DNA of 64,000 nt from the IMG/VR virus record IMGVR_UViG_3300027759_000001; one strand, written 5' to 3'. This DNA is from a virus. Its lineage: Duplodnaviria > Caudoviricetes. A program made the position numbers and the translations under genes. Shown here piece after piece: positions 62,322 to 64,000 of the stretch (position 1 is its first letter; each line of letters starts with the position of its first letter). Below the pieces are notes generated by a model. It did not search any database. It worked only from the letters and a program-made list of their open reading frames with translations, and had not been told where the DNA came from.

Positions 62322-64000
62322 AGGTGAAAATATATTAGTGGAATTTGATTATGATAACATTACCTTAATAGACCCAAATAAAATTGTAGATAGTGAAGGT
62401 AAAGTTAGTGATAGATTAGTTAAACATGAGAACCTTGTGTTTTATGCAAATTTAGAATGTAATGTATTACCAAGAACTAAATTAGCCTTAGGTTCGGCAT
62501 TGAATGATTCCGTTAGAACTGTTTCCGTTGGTAAGATTAATTTCTTAAATCCTGGTAACAAAACGTTCATGGATAACAGATATACCGATGAAATCACCGG
62601 TAAAGGATCTTTACAGGGTCAAGGGGTAAATCAACCAAAATTAAACGCAGTTCAAAACCCAAACAAATCCGATGATTTTTACCTTACACAGAGTACGTAT
62701 TCAAATGGTACACCTGGTGCGGTTGACAATGGTTTATTAGGTATAACTGAGATACAGGTTGCAATTGATACAAGTTTCTTACCTACCGTAACGGTTAACT
62801 TAACAGATGTTAAAGGAAGAGCATTATTTGAAGGTGGGAACAACTCACCTTACTCTGCGTTTTTCCAATTACCATATCCTATGTTTTATTTAACATTAAA
62901 GGGATATTACGGTAAGGCAGTTAGATTACCATTAATGTTACAATCGTTTACATCAAACTTTGATAATACAACAGGTAACTTTAAGATTGTATTAAAGTTT
63001 TTTGGGTATAAGTATACGGTGATGTCTTATGTGAATTGGGGGGCTATGATGGCGGTACCACATATGTATAATAATTTTGTGTCAACTGCACAAGCAAGTA
63101 CAAACACACCTGCGGGATCTAACCTTGATAAAATGTCAGCAAAACAAGTTAGTAGGGGGTATCAAAAAATGAAAGAATTATATTCTGAATATAAATCAAA
63201 AGGTTTAATTGACGATGATTTTCCTGAGATAACAATTACACAATTAAAGGCTCGTTTAGATAGATTTATTAATAATATATTAGAAAAATTTACCAAAGAA
63301 AATTTGGGATCAATAACAGAATTAGATAATTTTCAAACTCAGTTAACGGAATTTCAGAAAAAAGTATTTTTTTATGGTGATTCATGGTTTGAAACATACA
63401 TGGATAAAACAACTTCATATAATTTAAAAGACACTAAGGAAGTTGTTTATACGTATAAGAAAGACTATTCGGATCCTAACAAACAAGCTGAGGCTGAAAC
63501 TAAATTGGCGGGTATTTTTACTGAATATCAAAAATTATTACAAAGTAATAGTGTTGCGGGAAAAAATGGTAGTTATACGGTTGGTGGTAAAATCACAAAA
63601 AGTGAAGTACCTATTGATGCAACTGTAGAAAAATGTTACGCAAAAATTAATCCACTTACGGATATTGATTTTGCAAAAACGTATGAAGAAAGAAACGGTA
63701 AACCTGCAAAGACACAAACTGAATTAGATACGTTCATTGCGACTAACTCAATTGTACCTGGAACTAAGTTCTTTGTGTTTGAGGGTACTGATCACTTTAT
63801 TGATATAACAGAAAAGGCGGCCAAAGAATCGTCAAAACTTAGAAGAGAAATTGAAGAAAAAATTACCGATAATCTTAATGAACAATTAAGTAATAAAGAC
63901 ACTGGTGTTGGGTTTAAACCATCTATTAGAAACGTATTAGCAGTTTTCTTTGCACAAGGTGAAGCGTTTATTCGTTTAATGGATGATGTCCATTCTAAAG
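62311..64000 (+). CDS. 3'-truncated large probable baseplate hub protein, absent from the ORF track
   Basis: ATG 62311 (MVDKGENILVEFDYDNITLIDP...), reading open towards the window end. Contains LGI..I.......F.P.V...L.DV.GR.LF...FF.LPYP.F.L..KGYYG. Confidence 0.65.
   Translation, partial: MVDKGENILVEFDYDNITLIDPNKIVDSEGKVSDRLVKHENLVFYANLECNVLPRTKLALGSALNDSVRTVSVGKINFLNPGNKTFMDNRYTDEITGKGSLQGQGVNQPKLNAVQNPNKSDDFYLTQSTYSNGTPGAVDNGLLGITEIQVAIDTSFLPTVTVNLTDVKGRALFEGGNNSPYSAFFQLPYPMFYLTLKGYYGKAVRLPLMLQSFTSNFDNTTGNFKIVLKFFGYKYTVMSYVNWGAMMAVPHMYNNFVSTAQASTNTPAGSNLDKMSAKQVSRGYQKMKELYSEYKSKGLIDDDFPEITITQLKARLDRFINNILEKFTKENLGSITELDNFQTQLTEFQKKVFFYGDSWFETYMDKTTSYNLKDTKEVVYTYKKDYSDPNKQAEAETKLAGIFTEYQKLLQSNSVAGKNGSYTVGGKITKSEVPIDATVEKCYAKINPLTDIDFAKTYEERNGKPAKTQTELDTFIATNSIVPGTKFFVFEGTDHFIDITEKAAKESSKLRREIEEKITDNLNEQLSNKDTGVGFKPSIRNVLAVFFAQGEAFIRLMDDVHSK

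Noticed and set aside
26928-63628. Short tracked ORFs nested in or antisense to larger genes (e.g. 29843, 30241, 39743, 52545, 59757, 63443)
   Set aside because: No recognisable motifs, and each is fully explained by the overlapping real gene.
1-64000. Giant eukaryotic virus (NCLDV) or cellular origin, suggested by collagen-like genes, GTs and polB
   Set aside because: Sheath, tube, neck, tape measure and baseplate genes indicate a contractile-tailed phage. A cellular contractile injection system would not normally include polB and head-neck genes.
1-64000. Stop-codon reassignment, as seen in some large phages
   Set aside because: Genes tile densely in the standard code, and TAG/TGA act as real stops (e.g. 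1865, 24468, 42335).
1-64000. tRNA, rRNA, integrase or transposase genes
   Set aside because: Intergenic spaces are short and AT-rich, and none were recognised by eye. A tRNAscan run would be needed to exclude tRNAs formally.

Overview
AT-rich segment of a large tailed (contractile-tail, T4-like architecture) bacteriophage genome, read in the standard genetic code. The right part (about 39.5-64 kb) is core: family B DNA polymerase, SNF2 helicase, neck proteins (gp13/14/15-like), tail sheath, tube, tail-assembly chaperone pair, tape measure and baseplate genes, plus a metallopeptidase-SOD fusion and a HAD-family protein. The left part (1-39.4 kb) is an accessory island interleaving two gene sets. 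Set 1 is probable virion-surface proteins: two proline-free (Gly-Thr-Asn/Ser/Asp)n fibres of about 670 triplets each, several Thr/Pro mucin-like proteins, and lectin-like heads (LamG, SPRY, fibrinogen-like, L-type) on shared N-terminal adaptor domains, with one adaptor type carrying an LCIB-type carbonic anhydrase. Set 2 is about ten glycosyltransferase and four methyltransferase domains, including two families known to glycosylate proteins directly (Aah/TibC-like and GT60-like). My main hypothesis is a phage-encoded protein glycosylation system that builds a glycan coat on its own virion; the tail sheath also carries a mucin-like insertion. All family assignments are motif recognition by eye, with no database searches run. 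Repeat lengths could be affected by assembly.
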